Assembly (NCBI GenBank): GCA_947175335.1
Contig: CAMWMF010000002.1
Coordinates: 47,969 to 111,968, forward strand
DNA length: 64,000 bases
Direction: 5' to 3'
Source: an uncultured Clostridia bacterium
GTDB lineage: Bacteria > Bacillota > Clostridia > Christensenellales > Pumilibacteraceae
Shown here: one piece after another, positions 41,478-51,167 of the stretch
How the letters are laid out: each line of letters opens with the position of its first letter
How positions within the stretch are numbered: the stretch's first letter is position 1
Program-made: the position numbers and the translations under genes
The notes under the pieces: generated by a model
Told to the model about the DNA's origin: nothing
What the model saw: the letters and a program-made list of their open reading frames with translations, nothing else
Databases searched by the model: none

Positions 41478-44400
41478 TTATGCTTGTTTTGCTATAAAGG
41501 GCAAATCCCAGGAGTATCCTTCGCCGTTTTCATCGCCATTCCAGTTGATATCTTTTTCTTCACCATTTACAATTTCTTTTGTCCAAGTATCAAAAGTAAA
41601 TGTGTAGTTGTTTCCTCCGGTGAAGTTGCCGGTAATGTCATTGCACTTAGCTACTTGTTCTTGCTTCCAGCCGTCTTGCCTGAATGTAATTACAATACCC
41701 TTGACAGGACCCCTACTATCCAAAGTGAGAGTGTAGGTAAACGTTCTGCCGTCACCTGTCATAAGCTCACCACCGTTGACACCGTTATCACGGTCAGTGT
41801 TCCACGTTGTGTAGCTTGTGTTATCATCAACAAACAAGTGAATGCGCACGTCTTTGATATTACTTTCGTAATTGTCCCCGAGACTGAACGTAAACGTTAT
41901 TTGAGATGATTGCTGTTCGCCACCGCCGCCGCCTTGGTTTTCGCCGTTCGGTTTGGTTGCGGAGTAATCGACCCATAACCAGTCGCTACCCCAATCCGGC
42001 TTAAAGTGGAACCTGTAATATCCGTTTGTGTTGATTAAGATACTGCCCTCGTCGGCGCCTGTCTTTGCGGAAATATGACCGCCCTCGATTGCAGGAGCAA
42101 CGCCGTTATATCCGCCGTTGGGAATTGCGTTAAAGTCGCCCTTGTCGTCACTTCCGCCATAACGAACTTTAACGGTGTCACCCGCTTTGAGGTAGATATA
42201 ATTCAGCTCGTACTGTCCGTCGTTGAGAGTCATGTAATAGCCGTTTTGCCAATCGAACGACGCCATTTGTCTGCCCGTAAACTTACCGGTAAGGATTGCT
42301 ATTCCGCGTTCGGTGCCCGAAGTTCCATTCTCATAAATAGAACCGTAGGTGAAGCCGTCGTTAACGGTGTCGGGAGTGGGCGGAGGCGTGGGATTGTCGA
42401 GCGTACCGTTAATCCATACCTTCCAGCCTTCGCCGATATAGTACTTCAAATGGAACTCAAACGTACCTGCCTTAGGCATGGTGAACTCGATGCCCATTGT
42501 GTTATCGCCGCTTACGCCGCCGTTTATCAGCTGGCTACTCACCCTGAACAAGCACGAAACTTCCTGATCGTTTACGTAGAATTTGATTTTGGAATTGTCC
42601 GCAAGCTGAACGTTTTGTGCAACGTACCACTTGACCAATTTATCCTTATCCTTGTCGTTGTCGATTTTTGTTTGATCATTAGGCATTGCCGTGTTGTTCA
42701 TTCTGGCCGTAGCAGTGGCTGCGGGCTGCGGCGCGACGTAGAATACGCGAACACTGTTGCTGCCGTCTTTATGCATCCTGAGATACACGGTGTAATTACC
42801 TGCTCTCTTGATCTTGATATTGCCGTCGGGAGTCTTTTCGCAGTTTACGCCGACCGAGCCTTCCTCGAAATTGCTGTAATTCCAAGCGTTACCGTCGTTC
42901 GATTTGAATATTTTGACCTCGTCGTTAACACTCAAAGTGGCTTCCGCTTTGTATTTTACTTCTACCTGACCGTCCTCGTAGGGATTGAGCTCGGTCTCGA
43001 CGAATTTAATGCCGCCCGCCGATATGCTCCACTTGTTAACTCCGCCGATTTTGCCGAACAGATAGAAGTTGGAGCCTTCGTCGTCGTTGTTACCGCCGCC
43101 GCCGACCTTGGAAATCCAAATGTCGTGCGAGCCTGCACCGTTGCCCTCGCCGTATATTTTCAGGTAGAAGTTATACGTACCTTCTTCGACGATAGTAATA
43201 TTGCCTGCGTCGTTGGTGTATCCGCCGCCGGTTGCGACGTCTTCAGGCACTGCGGGCTCTTCTTGAAGGTGCGCGTAATACGTACCGTTGAGCCAGAATT
43301 TAATTTGCTCGCCTGCGGACACCGTTACGTTTTCCGCCGCATATTCGGTGCAATAATCATTATCCGGGTTAATCACAAGCGGATGCTCGCCGTCCGCCGG
43401 ATCCCAGTGTCCTTCGCCGCCGATGCCCAATACGTACGCGCCGGTAACTTCCTCGCCGCCACCGCCGCCGCCTTTCTTGGCAACGTAGACGGAAGTATCG
43501 TTGGGATCCTCTTTATTTACTTTGAGGTAAATTTCGTACGTGCCGTCTTGCGTTATCGTAAGGTTGCCTTTGTTCGCGGTTTCGGAAGTGTCTATATCGG
43601 CAAAGTCCCAGTTCTCTTCCCAAGAGCTGATATATTGCGTCTTGTTGCCTTTTACGATTTTAATCGTATCGTTTGCTTTAAGCTCGGCGGTGAGCAAGTA
43701 TTGATCCTTGCCGTAGCTGTCCTCTGTCTTTGTAAACACATACTTCGCGTCGGTATCTACACCCCACTCTGTTATGGACCCGATAAGGTAGTATGTATCG
43801 GCGTCAATGTTGGGATTGTAGTTTTCGTCTTCCTTGTAGTGCGCCGTGACGGAAGTGATTTGCGTGAACGTATAATTTTCGTCCACGTGCGTCGTTTCGT
43901 CGTCGGTAAGCGCCCAATAATCAAGCTTCCAACCGTTGTCTTCCTTAACGGTGGGGAACTTCGATATTTTTTTGCTTGACGTTTGTATTTCGTTTTGGCC
44001 GCTTATGGTGCCGTGCAAACCCGCATAGAACGTAATCTTGTATTCATCGCCGAGAATGGGACCGGGAGGCGTGGGTGTGTCCTTCGGCTTGAATACGGCG
44101 TAAACAGGCGTGTTGCCCGAAAACTCGTGCGCATTGAAGTTGGTTGCAGTGAGCGTCGGCGACGTTGCTCCCGCAGTAAGACCCCAGCCCAAGAACGTAT
44201 AATCGTCCTTGTTCTCGTTCTTTTCCGCAGTGGGCATTGTTATTGCCGTCAGCTTGCCGTTTTTGTCTGTAGTCAACGTGGTGCCGCCGCTGGCAATGCC
44301 TTTTACCGTGGCGCCCTGCCCCGCAACAAACGTGACGGTATACGTTTTGTCAACGGTGCTCGACGGCGGATTTTTGTCGCTGCCCTTCGGCAATTCGACA

Positions 44401-44483
44401 TCGCTGCACGCGGCTAACGCGCCCGCAGCCGTTGCAAATACCGCTGCTGCCACTACCGACAACAATAATTTGCGTTTTTTCAT
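41478..44483 (-). CDS. Surface lipoprotein 4: InlB-B repeats + multiple SusE/F-like modules (1001 aa)
   Basis: Lipobox LAA-C; N-terminus closely paralogous to lipoprotein 3; modules YYLIGSITEW, AYVLGIGGEGHW, FYLFGKIGGVNKW. Confidence 0.85.
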   Translation of the reverse strand: MKKRKLLLSVVAAAVFATAAGALAACSDVELPKGSDKNPPSSTVDKTYTVTFVAGQGATVKGIASGGTTLTTDKNGKLTAITMPTAEKNENKDDYTFLGWGLTAGATSPTLTATNFNAHEFSGNTPVYAVFKPKDTPTPPGPILGDEYKITFYAGLHGTISGQNEIQTSSKKISKFPTVKEDNGWKLDYWALTDDETTHVDENYTFTQITSVTAHYKEDENYNPNIDADTYYLIGSITEWGVDTDAKYVFTKTEDSYGKDQYLLTAELKANDTIKIVKGNKTQYISSWEENWDFADIDTSETANKGNLTITQDGTYEIYLKVNKEDPNDTSVYVAKKGGGGGGEEVTGAYVLGIGGEGHWDPADGEHPLVINPDNDYCTEYAAENVTVSAGEQIKFWLNGTYYAHLQEEPAVPEDVATGGGYTNDAGNITIVEEGTYNFYLKIYGEGNGAGSHDIWISKVGGGGNNDDEGSNFYLFGKIGGVNKWSISAGGIKFVETELNPYEDGQVEVKYKAEATLSVNDEVKIFKSNDGNAWNYSNFEEGSVGVNCEKTPDGNIKIKRAGNYTVYLRMHKDGSNSVRVFYVAPQPAATATARMNNTAMPNDQTKIDNDKDKDKLVKWYVAQNVQLADNSKIKFYVNDQEVSCLFRVSSQLINGGVSGDNTMGIEFTMPKAGTFEFHLKYYIGEGWKVWINGTLDNPTPPPTPDTVNDGFTYGSIYENGTSGTERGIAILTGKFTGRQMASFDWQNGYYMTLNDGQYELNYIYLKAGDTVKVRYGGSDDKGDFNAIPNGGYNGVAPAIEGGHISAKTGADEGSILINTNGYYRFHFKPDWGSDWLWVDYSATKPNGENQGGGGGEQQSSQITFTFSLGDNYESNIKDVRIHLFVDDNTSYTTWNTDRDNGVNGGELMTGDGRTFTYTLTLDSRGPVKGIVITFRQDGWKQEQVAKCNDITGNFTGGNNYTFTFDTWTKEIVNGEEKDINWNGDENGEGYSWDLPFIAKQA

Positions 44484-44534
44484 TTTTCCCTCTCTATTAA
44501 TGTTTTAATCGGGCATAATATCCCTATCATATTA

Positions 44535-44563
44535 AGTATAGCACCATTAAAAATGGTTGTCAA
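44535..44563 (-). promoter_or_regulatory. sigma70 promoter of lipoprotein 4 (TTGACA-17-TATACT)
   Basis: Near-perfect consensus. Confidence 0.75.
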
Positions 44564-44595
44564 TACAGTATATGATATTTTTCGGCACAAATTTC

Positions 44596-44644
44596 CCTAC
44601 TTCTTTTGTAAAAGAAGTAGGCAAGAAAACTTTTAATGTTGTGT
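44596..44644. repeat. 49-bp hairpin repeat, 47/49 identical to 35436-35484
   Basis: CCTACTTCTTTT-G(G/T)-AAAAGAAGTAGG followed by CAAGAAAACTTTTA(G/A)TGTTGTGT. Confidence 0.85.
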
Positions 44645-44746
44645 GTTTGCGTGGTGATTGATTTTGCATTACGCCCAATCAATATCGTTACTGTATAAAT
44701 TTCTCGACGCCACTTAACAAATTCGGAATTACCTAAAATATTATTA

Positions 44747-44808
44747 AATGAGGGCGCGAAGCGCAGTCCGACATTATTCACTATTATCTATTCACTAACA
44801 AAAAAACC
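44747..44808. repeat. 62-bp direct repeat (left) flanking TA module
   Basis: 61/62 identical to 45490-45551. Confidence 0.9.
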
Positions 44809-44832
44809 GCCGAAGCGGATTTTTTGTTCACA

Positions 44833-45114
44833 TTATTCGAATAAATCGGCATGACTGCCTGTTCTTATCAGCTTTAAAATCAAGCATTCACTATAAATCT
44901 TATAGATAAGCAACCAGTCGGGCTGTATATGACATTCGCGCACGTCTTTGTAATCTTTGGAATTAGACAAAGCATGGTCACGGTATTTATCGGGCAAAGG
45001 CTGCTCATTTGCAAGCAGCGTTATAACCTTTTGCAATTCGGCTATATTGCATCCACGTTTAACGGCAAGCTTAAAATCCTTTTTGAATTGTCCTTGGTAT
45101 TCGATTTTAAGCAT
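44833..45114 (-). CDS. yafQ: Type II toxin, YafQ family mRNA interferase
   Basis: FKKDFK, YRDHAL, RECHIQPDWLLIY, RTGSHADLF. Confidence 0.95.
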   Translation of the reverse strand: MLKIEYQGQFKKDFKLAVKRGCNIAELQKVITLLANEQPLPDKYRDHALSNSKDYKDVRECHIQPDWLLIYKIYSECLILKLIRTGSHADLFE

Positions 45115-45373
45115 ACAAATTCTCCATAAGTGCTTCTACGCTATCAAACGGCCCGTATACGTCGTCGCCGTTTTCCGAATCGGCAATCGCTTGTGCCGTA
45201 ACTTTATTCGGTACGCTACGCGTTACCTCAAACGGAATACCCTGCTCCGCCAACGCCTTTTTAAGATAAATATTAATCGCCGTAGATAAATCCATCCCCA
45301 AATCCGCAAACAATGCCTGCGCTTGCTTTTTTACATCCGCGTCAATACTGATATTGGTAGAAACCTTAGCCAT
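45107..45373 (-). CDS. dinJ: Type II antitoxin, RelB/DinJ family
   Basis: N-terminal RHH (NISID..VK.QA..LF..LG..LS.AI) and GIPF; overlaps yafQ by 8 nt. Confidence 0.93.
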   Translation of the reverse strand: MAKVSTNISIDADVKKQAQALFADLGMDLSTAINIYLKKALAEQGIPFEVTRSVPNKVTAQAIADSENGDDVYGPFDSVEALMENLYA

Positions 45374-45403
45374 AATACACCTCTCATGTTTATTTATGTT
45401 GCT

Positions 45404-45432
45404 ATTCTAACATATTATATTCAGTTTGTCAA
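45404..45432 (-). promoter_or_regulatory. Promoter of dinJ-yafQ (TTGACA-17-TAGAAT)
   Basis: Read directly. Confidence 0.75.
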
Positions 45433-45489
45433 TACGTTATGCACATAAAATGCGCAGAAACAATTCGGAATTATTTAGAAAAATCATTC

Positions 45490-45551
45490 AATGAGGGTGC
45501 GAAGCGCAGTCCGACATTATTCACTATTATCTATTCACTAACAAAAAAACC
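45490..45551. repeat. 62-bp direct repeat (right) flanking TA module
   Basis: AATGAGGGTGCGAAGCGCAGTCCGACATTATTCACTATTATCTATTCACTAACAAAAAAACC. Confidence 0.9.
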
Positions 45552-45571
45552 CGCTATTGCGGGATTTTTTG

Positions 45572-46579
45572 TTATACCAAATCGTCTTTAAGCGTTCTGT
45601 CAAACAACTGTTCCATTACCTCGCGGGGAGGAACCTTGTCCAGTATCATAGTGTTCACTGCGGTGGTTATAGGCATGTCTACGCCGTACTTGTCCGCAAG
45701 TATGGACATAGCTCGCGCGGTGTGAACGCCCTCGGCAAGCTTGTCGTACTTTTTGCCTTTTACGTAATTTTCGCCCCACATCCGATTGTGGCTATGCTCG
45801 GAAAACAGCGTTGTTTCGTAATCGCCGATATGGCACAAGCCGTACGCCGAAAGCGGATTGCCGCCAAGCGCCTTTATAAGCCGAGCTACTTCCCTGCTGC
45901 CGCGTGCCATAAGCGCGCCTTTTAGCGTGGTAAGGTTCATTCCGTCCAGCACGCCCGCGACGATACCCATAACGTTTTTTGCCGCCGCGCCGATTTCCGT
46001 GCCTATTACGTCGCTGCCGTAGTAGAATCTGATAAGCGGGCTTTTGAAGTATTCCACTATGCGCTCTATCGTCGTGCGCTCGTATCCGTCTATAATCATG
46101 CAGTTGGGATTGCCCTGCGTAAATTCCTGCACGTGTCCGGGACCAGCCCATACAGCTATTTGCCAGCTTTCCAGTCCGAATTCCAGCGCGACCTCGCTAA
46201 GGCGCTTGCCCGTGCTTATTTCGATACCCTTCATATTGGTTACAAGGTATTTGCCCGTCATATCGCATTGGCTTCGTATATCGCCCATTACGCTGCGGAA
46301 CGCCTGCGACGGCACGCTTACAAGCAGCACGTTTGCACTGCGCACGGCACGCTGTAAATCGTTTGTGAGTTCAATCGATTTGGGAAACGTTACGTACTCG
46401 TTTTTGTGCGTCATGACAAGCTGCTCGTACGATATTTCGCCGGCCTTGCCGTACACCGTTACTTTGTGTCCGAGCTGGTTGGCGTACCACGCCAAAAACG
46501 ATCCCCATCTGCCGCAGCCGATAACGGTGACCTTTATCTTTTGACGCGTATAGTCCATTGGAATGGTGTATTCAGGCAT
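45572..46579 (-). CDS. gpsA: NAD(P)H-dependent glycerol-3-phosphate dehydrogenase
   Basis: Rossmann GxGxWG, KGIE, GAAAKNVMGI, GLCHIGD, AEGVHT. Confidence 0.93.
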   Translation of the reverse strand: MPEYTIPMDYTRQKIKVTVIGCGRWGSFLAWYANQLGHKVTVYGKAGEISYEQLVMTHKNEYVTFPKSIELTNDLQRAVRSANVLLVSVPSQAFRSVMGDIRSQCDMTGKYLVTNMKGIEISTGKRLSEVALEFGLESWQIAVWAGPGHVQEFTQGNPNCMIIDGYERTTIERIVEYFKSPLIRFYYGSDVIGTEIGAAAKNVMGIVAGVLDGMNLTTLKGALMARGSREVARLIKALGGNPLSAYGLCHIGDYETTLFSEHSHNRMWGENYVKGKKYDKLAEGVHTARAMSILADKYGVDMPITTAVNTMILDKVPPREVMEQLFDRTLKDDLV

Positions 46580-46598
46580 TTTATTCTCCTTCGGAGAT

Positions 46599-46632
46599 TA
46601 ATTCGGAATTCGGGATTATGAATTCGGAATTA
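46599..46632. repeat. Solo heptamer arm
   Basis: TAATTCGGAATTCGGGATTATGAATTCGGAATTA. Confidence 0.8.
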
Positions 46633-46651
46633 ATGATAAGGTTGAATTTTA

Positions 46652-48043
46652 TTAGTTGTTGCCGCCGATATAGTTTGCGAGCTTATCGGCATATACTTCC
46701 AAAAGCTGGCACGACGTCATGCTTGACATATTAGTAAGCTTGTAGTTGACAAACATATAGCTTTGGCATGTGCCGTATGCTTGATTTATAGCGTCGTGGT
46801 TATTTCCGAGGTTGACGCTGTTGTAGTATAACAGCATTTCCATATACCACAGCTTTCTCGACACGTCGGACAACGTTCGCAACCAGTACAGCTGGTGCAG
46901 CTTGCCGTTTTCTTCCGGCGGTATCGCTTCATCCGTCACCGCCCACTGCGCATAGCGCGAAAAACTGCCGAGCTGGCTGTACAACCGAGTAAAGCCGTTG
47001 GACGTTTCCGTAACCTCTTTAAGCGGCATTATAAACAACGAAAATTCGTCGCCGTCCAGCTTGTCGCCGTAGTTTTGGCGTATATATGTTTCGCTGAGCA
47101 CGGGAATTTTGGATTCGCTGTCGCGCTTGCTCAAATCGGTTTCTACGCCGATACGCATAAACTCGATATCCAAGTACGCGCCGAGCTGCGCTATATAATC
47201 CACGTATTCGTCCATTCTTTGCACGGTCGGTGTGTCCAACGCGCTATCGCTATACGTATTGGAAAGCGTGCTGAGATCTATCATTACGCCGTCGGTATAT
47301 CTATGATTGTTGTGTGTAATTCTATTTGTAATGCCAAGCACCGCACGAGCGCGGTAATTAAGCACGTGCATGTCATGCTCATAGCTGTATACGGCAGGTC
47401 GCACCGCCGCCGGCACACTGGCTATGTTCTCACTGTCCTTTACGAGCGTAACGGCGCTAAGTCCGCTTAACGACAGGTACATCCTTGTGTACTTTTCCAG
47501 CCGCTCGGCGTAATACTTAGTGCGTACGTCGTCGCCCGCTTTCAGGCTTTCGATCATCAGCTTGTCCGAAAGATTGTTGCATACATACAGCGCTTCCATA
47601 AAGTCGTCGTTGGTAAGCGCCGGCGTAGACGTAAGCACCGGCATATTACCGTCGCTATCCACGTAGTCCGCCGTGTGCGTGCCGTCCGTCGATTTGTGGC
47701 TTTTCAGCTCGCGCGAAATATACTTTTCGCCAAAATCCACAGCACGTTCGCTAAGCCCCATCGAATTGAATAACCGCATGGAAGTAAGCGGAAGCGCGAA
47801 CGCGATAATACACGCTAACATCGCTATCAACGAAAGCGCGATAAATGTTGTTTTGAATATTGCGGAAATTAAATCGTCGGCAAACGAGTTTCCGACTTCC
47901 TCCGCAGGCTCGACAACGGGCTTAGGCGCAGGCTCGCGCGCAGGCACGATTTTAGGCATAACTTCATTATCGGCGTCGGTATTGGCGCCTGTTCTGCCAT
48001 TTATGCTGTCACCGTTTTTCAGTTGTTCATCCGAGTAATTCAT
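46652..48043 (-). CDS. Hypothetical membrane-anchored protein
   Basis: Long ORF with one N-proximal TM (FIALSLIAMLACIIAFALPL). Start MNYSD at 48043 is chosen over 48094, which lies in a repeat arm; start is uncertain. Confidence 0.75.
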   Translation of the reverse strand: MNYSDEQLKNGDSINGRTGANTDADNEVMPKIVPAREPAPKPVVEPAEEVGNSFADDLISAIFKTTFIALSLIAMLACIIAFALPLTSMRLFNSMGLSERAVDFGEKYISRELKSHKSTDGTHTADYVDSDGNMPVLTSTPALTNDDFMEALYVCNNLSDKLMIESLKAGDDVRTKYYAERLEKYTRMYLSLSGLSAVTLVKDSENIASVPAAVRPAVYSYEHDMHVLNYRARAVLGITNRITHNNHRYTDGVMIDLSTLSNTYSDSALDTPTVQRMDEYVDYIAQLGAYLDIEFMRIGVETDLSKRDSESKIPVLSETYIRQNYGDKLDGDEFSLFIMPLKEVTETSNGFTRLYSQLGSFSRYAQWAVTDEAIPPEENGKLHQLYWLRTLSDVSRKLWYMEMLLYYNSVNLGNNHDAINQAYGTCQSYMFVNYKLTNMSSMTSCQLLEVYADKLANYIGGNN

Positions 48044-48093
48044 TACAAAATAGTATAACACAAAAAACTTAGTCACACAAGTATTTTGGAGCA

Positions 48094-48209
48094 TAATTCG
48101 GAATTCAGAATGCGGAATTCGGAATTATTGCAAAAATTTATATTACTCTAATAAGGGCGCGTCAGCGCAGTCCGACAATTCCTAATTCATAATTCAGCAT
48201 TCCGAATTA
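48094..48209. repeat. Short heptamer-armed element, core type C (AGGGCGCG..AGCGCAGTCCGACA)
   Basis: Inverted arms; right end overlaps the TAA stop of the upstream lipoprotein gene. Confidence 0.85.
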
Positions 48210-48851
48210 CTTCTTTGCTATCACCTTTGCCGAAACAGGGTCGAGCAACACACCGGTACTGCCGCCGTCCGACGTTAAAAACGACACGTGCCAGCACAAG
48301 CCGTCCGCTCCCAGCGGATTTTTGATTATGCGCGCGCGCGTTTCGTACTCACCTTTGGGATGAATTGCCGTTTTTGCCGCCGATATTGCGCGGTCGTAGG
48401 TAATCATATCGCCTGTGATTTGGCTTTGCACACTGAGCGCGGTCGTTTTGCCGCCGCATTTGATTGTTACTGTAAATTCCTTAGCCGTCGTTTCATGCTC
48501 GAATTCGGCAGAGAAGCTTGCCGCAAACGGGTGGACAATCATAGTGCCGCCGAACGTACAGCCGTCAACCTCGGCGGTGAAAGTGATAACGGCGTCGATA
48601 TCGAAAGTAGTCGGCACGAGCGTGATAAGCGTATACGGCTTTAACTTGCCGTCGCTCCCCACTTTGCCGTCCGCCTTAAAGGTATGCTCGCGCACGCCCG
48701 ACACGGCTGTAAGCGCGTATCCGTCGCCGTCGGCGGAATAAAATCCGCTGCGCCGTTCGCTTACGCTTTCCATCGGATCTGTTCCGCACGAACAAAGTAT
48801 AATCGTCACCACGGTCATTATCGCCGCAAAAAGCATACACAATTTTTTCAT
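48207..48851 (-). CDS. Lipoprotein with C-terminal PepSY-like domain
   Basis: Lipobox LCS-C; C-terminus TYDRAISAAK...WHVSF...VLLDPVSAKVI. Confidence 0.7.
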   Translation of the reverse strand: MKKLCMLFAAIMTVVTIILCSCGTDPMESVSERRSGFYSADGDGYALTAVSGVREHTFKADGKVGSDGKLKPYTLITLVPTTFDIDAVITFTAEVDGCTFGGTMIVHPFAASFSAEFEHETTAKEFTVTIKCGGKTTALSVQSQITGDMITYDRAISAAKTAIHPKGEYETRARIIKNPLGADGLCWHVSFLTSDGGSTGVLLDPVSAKVIAKK

Positions 48852-48910
48852 ATTACAAAATATGAAAACCGCACGGCGAATATTCGTCGTGCGGTCTATA
48901 CCGTGTATAA

Positions 48911-49519
48911 TCAGTCGTTTTTAACCTTCATTAATCGGACAATTGAGGCGCGCTCGTTTTCGTCCAGCTTCATCAAGATATACTTAATAGTTTCTTGAAG
49001 CTGCGGAATCATTACGTATTCAAGCGCGTTTACTCGGCGTCTGTTCTTTTCTATCTCGTCGGCGAGCATGTTGCACGTTTTTTCAACTTCGGCAAGGTGC
49101 AACAGCTTGTCGGTGAGCGCCGTTAGTTTGAGCACCGCGTCGTCAAGCTCGGCGGGCGCCGAGCACAGTGCATACGGCAGGCTGACCTCGCCCACTCGCT
49201 TTGTTTCCATAAACGGCACGTCAACGCCCATTATATTTTTTGTTCCGATAGTGACCGACGCGGAAAGCGACGGCAAAGCTATCGCCTGCACAACGTCTAA
49301 CGGCGACGAAGCGGACAGCGAAAAGCTTTTGAGCGCCTCGCCTATCTCGCCCTCGATTTCCTCTCTTAGCCGCTTGTTCTCTTTTATGAGCGCCAAAAAC
49401 TGACGGACAATTTCGTCCGACTTGTCTTTTAACAGCTTGTGGCCGCGCTCTGCGGTTTTGAGCCTATCTTTTAGCCTACGCAATTCCATGCGCGTAGGGT
49501 TTACGTTAAGTCTTGCCAT
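48911..49519 (-). CDS. ntpD: V/A-type ATPase subunit D
   Basis: NVNPTRMEL, RRRVNALEY. Confidence 0.96.
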   Translation of the reverse strand: MARLNVNPTRMELRRLKDRLKTAERGHKLLKDKSDEIVRQFLALIKENKRLREEIEGEIGEALKSFSLSASSPLDVVQAIALPSLSASVTIGTKNIMGVDVPFMETKRVGEVSLPYALCSAPAELDDAVLKLTALTDKLLHLAEVEKTCNMLADEIEKNRRRVNALEYVMIPQLQETIKYILMKLDENERASIVRLMKVKND

Positions 49520-49529
49520 AAAACTCCGT

Positions 49530-49781
49530 TAAATTCGGAATTCAGAATGCGGAATTCGGAATTGTGGAAAAGGTTTTATTTAATTAATTGTGCGGCTGCG
49601 CCTAGATTTCTCGACTTCGCTCGAAATGATGGGATTAGAGGTTACTATTCTGTATAAAAAATGGCAACGTTTACACCACCCATCACCCCGACCAACGCGG
49701 AGGGGTCTAGGCGAACCGCCGCATTGGTGTTGTGCTATTATCGTCGATAATTCCGAATTCATAATTCCGAATTCCGAATTA
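49530..49781. repeat. Heptamer-armed palindromic element, core type A (copy 4), inside ATPase operon
   Basis: Core CGCCTAGATTTCTCGACTTCGCTCGAAATGATGGG...CCCATCACCCCGACCAACGCGGAGGGGTCTAGGCG. Confidence 0.9.
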
Positions 49782-49790
49782 TTTTGTTGT

Positions 49791-51167
49791 TTACATCTTA
49801 TCGAAAAACTCTTCGAGGTTCTCGTCGCGGATACGTTTAAGTTCGGAACGCGGCAGTATCTTTAACAATCGCCAGCCTATGTCCAGCGTTTCCTCGATAG
49901 TGCGGTTGACGGTAAACGTTTGGTTGATATACTGCTTTTCGAACTCCTCGGCAAACCGTGCGTACAATCTATCCACGTCGGACAGCGCCGCTTCGCCCAA
50001 TATCGAGCTAAGCTCTTTTGCGTCCTTGCCGCGCGCGTACGCCGAGAACAGCTGATTCATCGTGTCGGCGTGGTCTTTGCGCGTCTTGCCCTTGCCTATA
50101 CCCTTATCCTTCAAACGGGATAGCGACGGCAATACGTCGATGGGCGGGTTCAAGCCCTTTTTGTACAGCTCGCGCGACAGTATGATCTGTCCTTCCGTAA
50201 TGTATCCCGTAAGGTCGGGAATGGGATGCGTTTTGTCGTCCTCGGGCATTGTCAGTATGGGAATAAGCGTAATCGAGCCCTTTTTGCCGCGTATGCGCCC
50301 AGCGCGTTCATATATGGTTGCAAGGTCGGTATACAAATACCCGGGATAGCCGCGACGACCGGGCACCTCGCGCCGCGCCGCCGAAATCTCGCGCAAAGCT
50401 TCGGCGTAGTTGGTTATATCGGTCATTATTACGAGCACATGCATATCACACTCGAACGCCAGATATTCGGCCGCCGTCATTGCCATGCGCGGCGTGTTTA
50501 TGCGTTCTACCGCGGGGTCGTTGGCGAGGTTGAGGAACATTACCGTTCTGTCAATCGCGCCTGTCCTGCGGAAGTCGGCGGTAAAGAACTCGCTTTCCTC
50601 GTACGTGATACCCATTGCCGCAAACACGACTGCGAATTTATCGTCGGTGTTCTTGACCTGCGCTTGCCTTGCTATCTGCGCCGCAAGGTCGGCGTGCGGC
50701 AAGCCGGACGCCGAAAACACGGGCAGCTTTTGGCCGCGGACAAGCGTGTTAAGTCCGTCTATCGCGCTGACGCCCGTCTGTATAAACTCGTTGGGATAGT
50801 CGCGCGCCACGGGGTTGATGGGGCTGCCGTTTACGTCCAGACTGGCTTCGGGCAGTATTTCCGCGCCGCCGTCGATGGGATTGCCCATACCGTCGAACAC
50901 TCTGCCAAGCATATCGTGCGAAACTTTAAGCTCAATCGCCTTGCCCGTGAACGCCGCCTTAGCCGCCGCGATCTTCAAGCCTCTGCTCGGCGCGAAAAGC
51001 TGAACAAGCGCTTTGTCGCCGTCGACCTCGAGCACGCGCCCGAGCCGCTGTTCGCCGTCATTGCCTTGCGCAATCTTGACAAGCTCGTTGTACTTGACGC
51101 CCTCTACCTGCTCGACAAGCATAAGCGGGCCGACTACTTCTTTTATTGTACGGTATTCTTTACGCAT
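49791..51167 (-). CDS. ntpB: V/A-type ATPase subunit B
   Basis: [29 protein letters not shown]. Confidence 0.97.
   Translation of the reverse strand: MRKEYRTIKEVVGPLMLVEQVEGVKYNELVKIAQGNDGEQRLGRVLEVDGDKALVQLFAPSRGLKIAAAKAAFTGKAIELKVSHDMLGRVFDGMGNPIDGGAEILPEASLDVNGSPINPVARDYPNEFIQTGVSAIDGLNTLVRGQKLPVFSASGLPHADLAAQIARQAQVKNTDDKFAVVFAAMGITYEESEFFTADFRRTGAIDRTVMFLNLANDPAVERINTPRMAMTAAEYLAFECDMHVLVIMTDITNYAEALREISAARREVPGRRGYPGYLYTDLATIYERAGRIRGKKGSITLIPILTMPEDDKTHPIPDLTGYITEGQIILSRELYKKGLNPPIDVLPSLSRLKDKGIGKGKTRKDHADTMNQLFSAYARGKDAKELSSILGEAALSDVDRLYARFAEEFEKQYINQTFTVNRTIEETLDIGWRLLKILPRSELKRIRDENLEEFFDKM

Noticed and set aside
42075-43979. 634-aa plus-strand ORF (also 34002-34772, 35838-36563, 39369-40205)
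   Set aside because: Antisense shadows of the lipoprotein genes.
33954-45573. Bona fide integron
   Set aside because: No tyrosine recombinase and no GTTRRRY-bounded attC sites recognised; kept only as an analogy.
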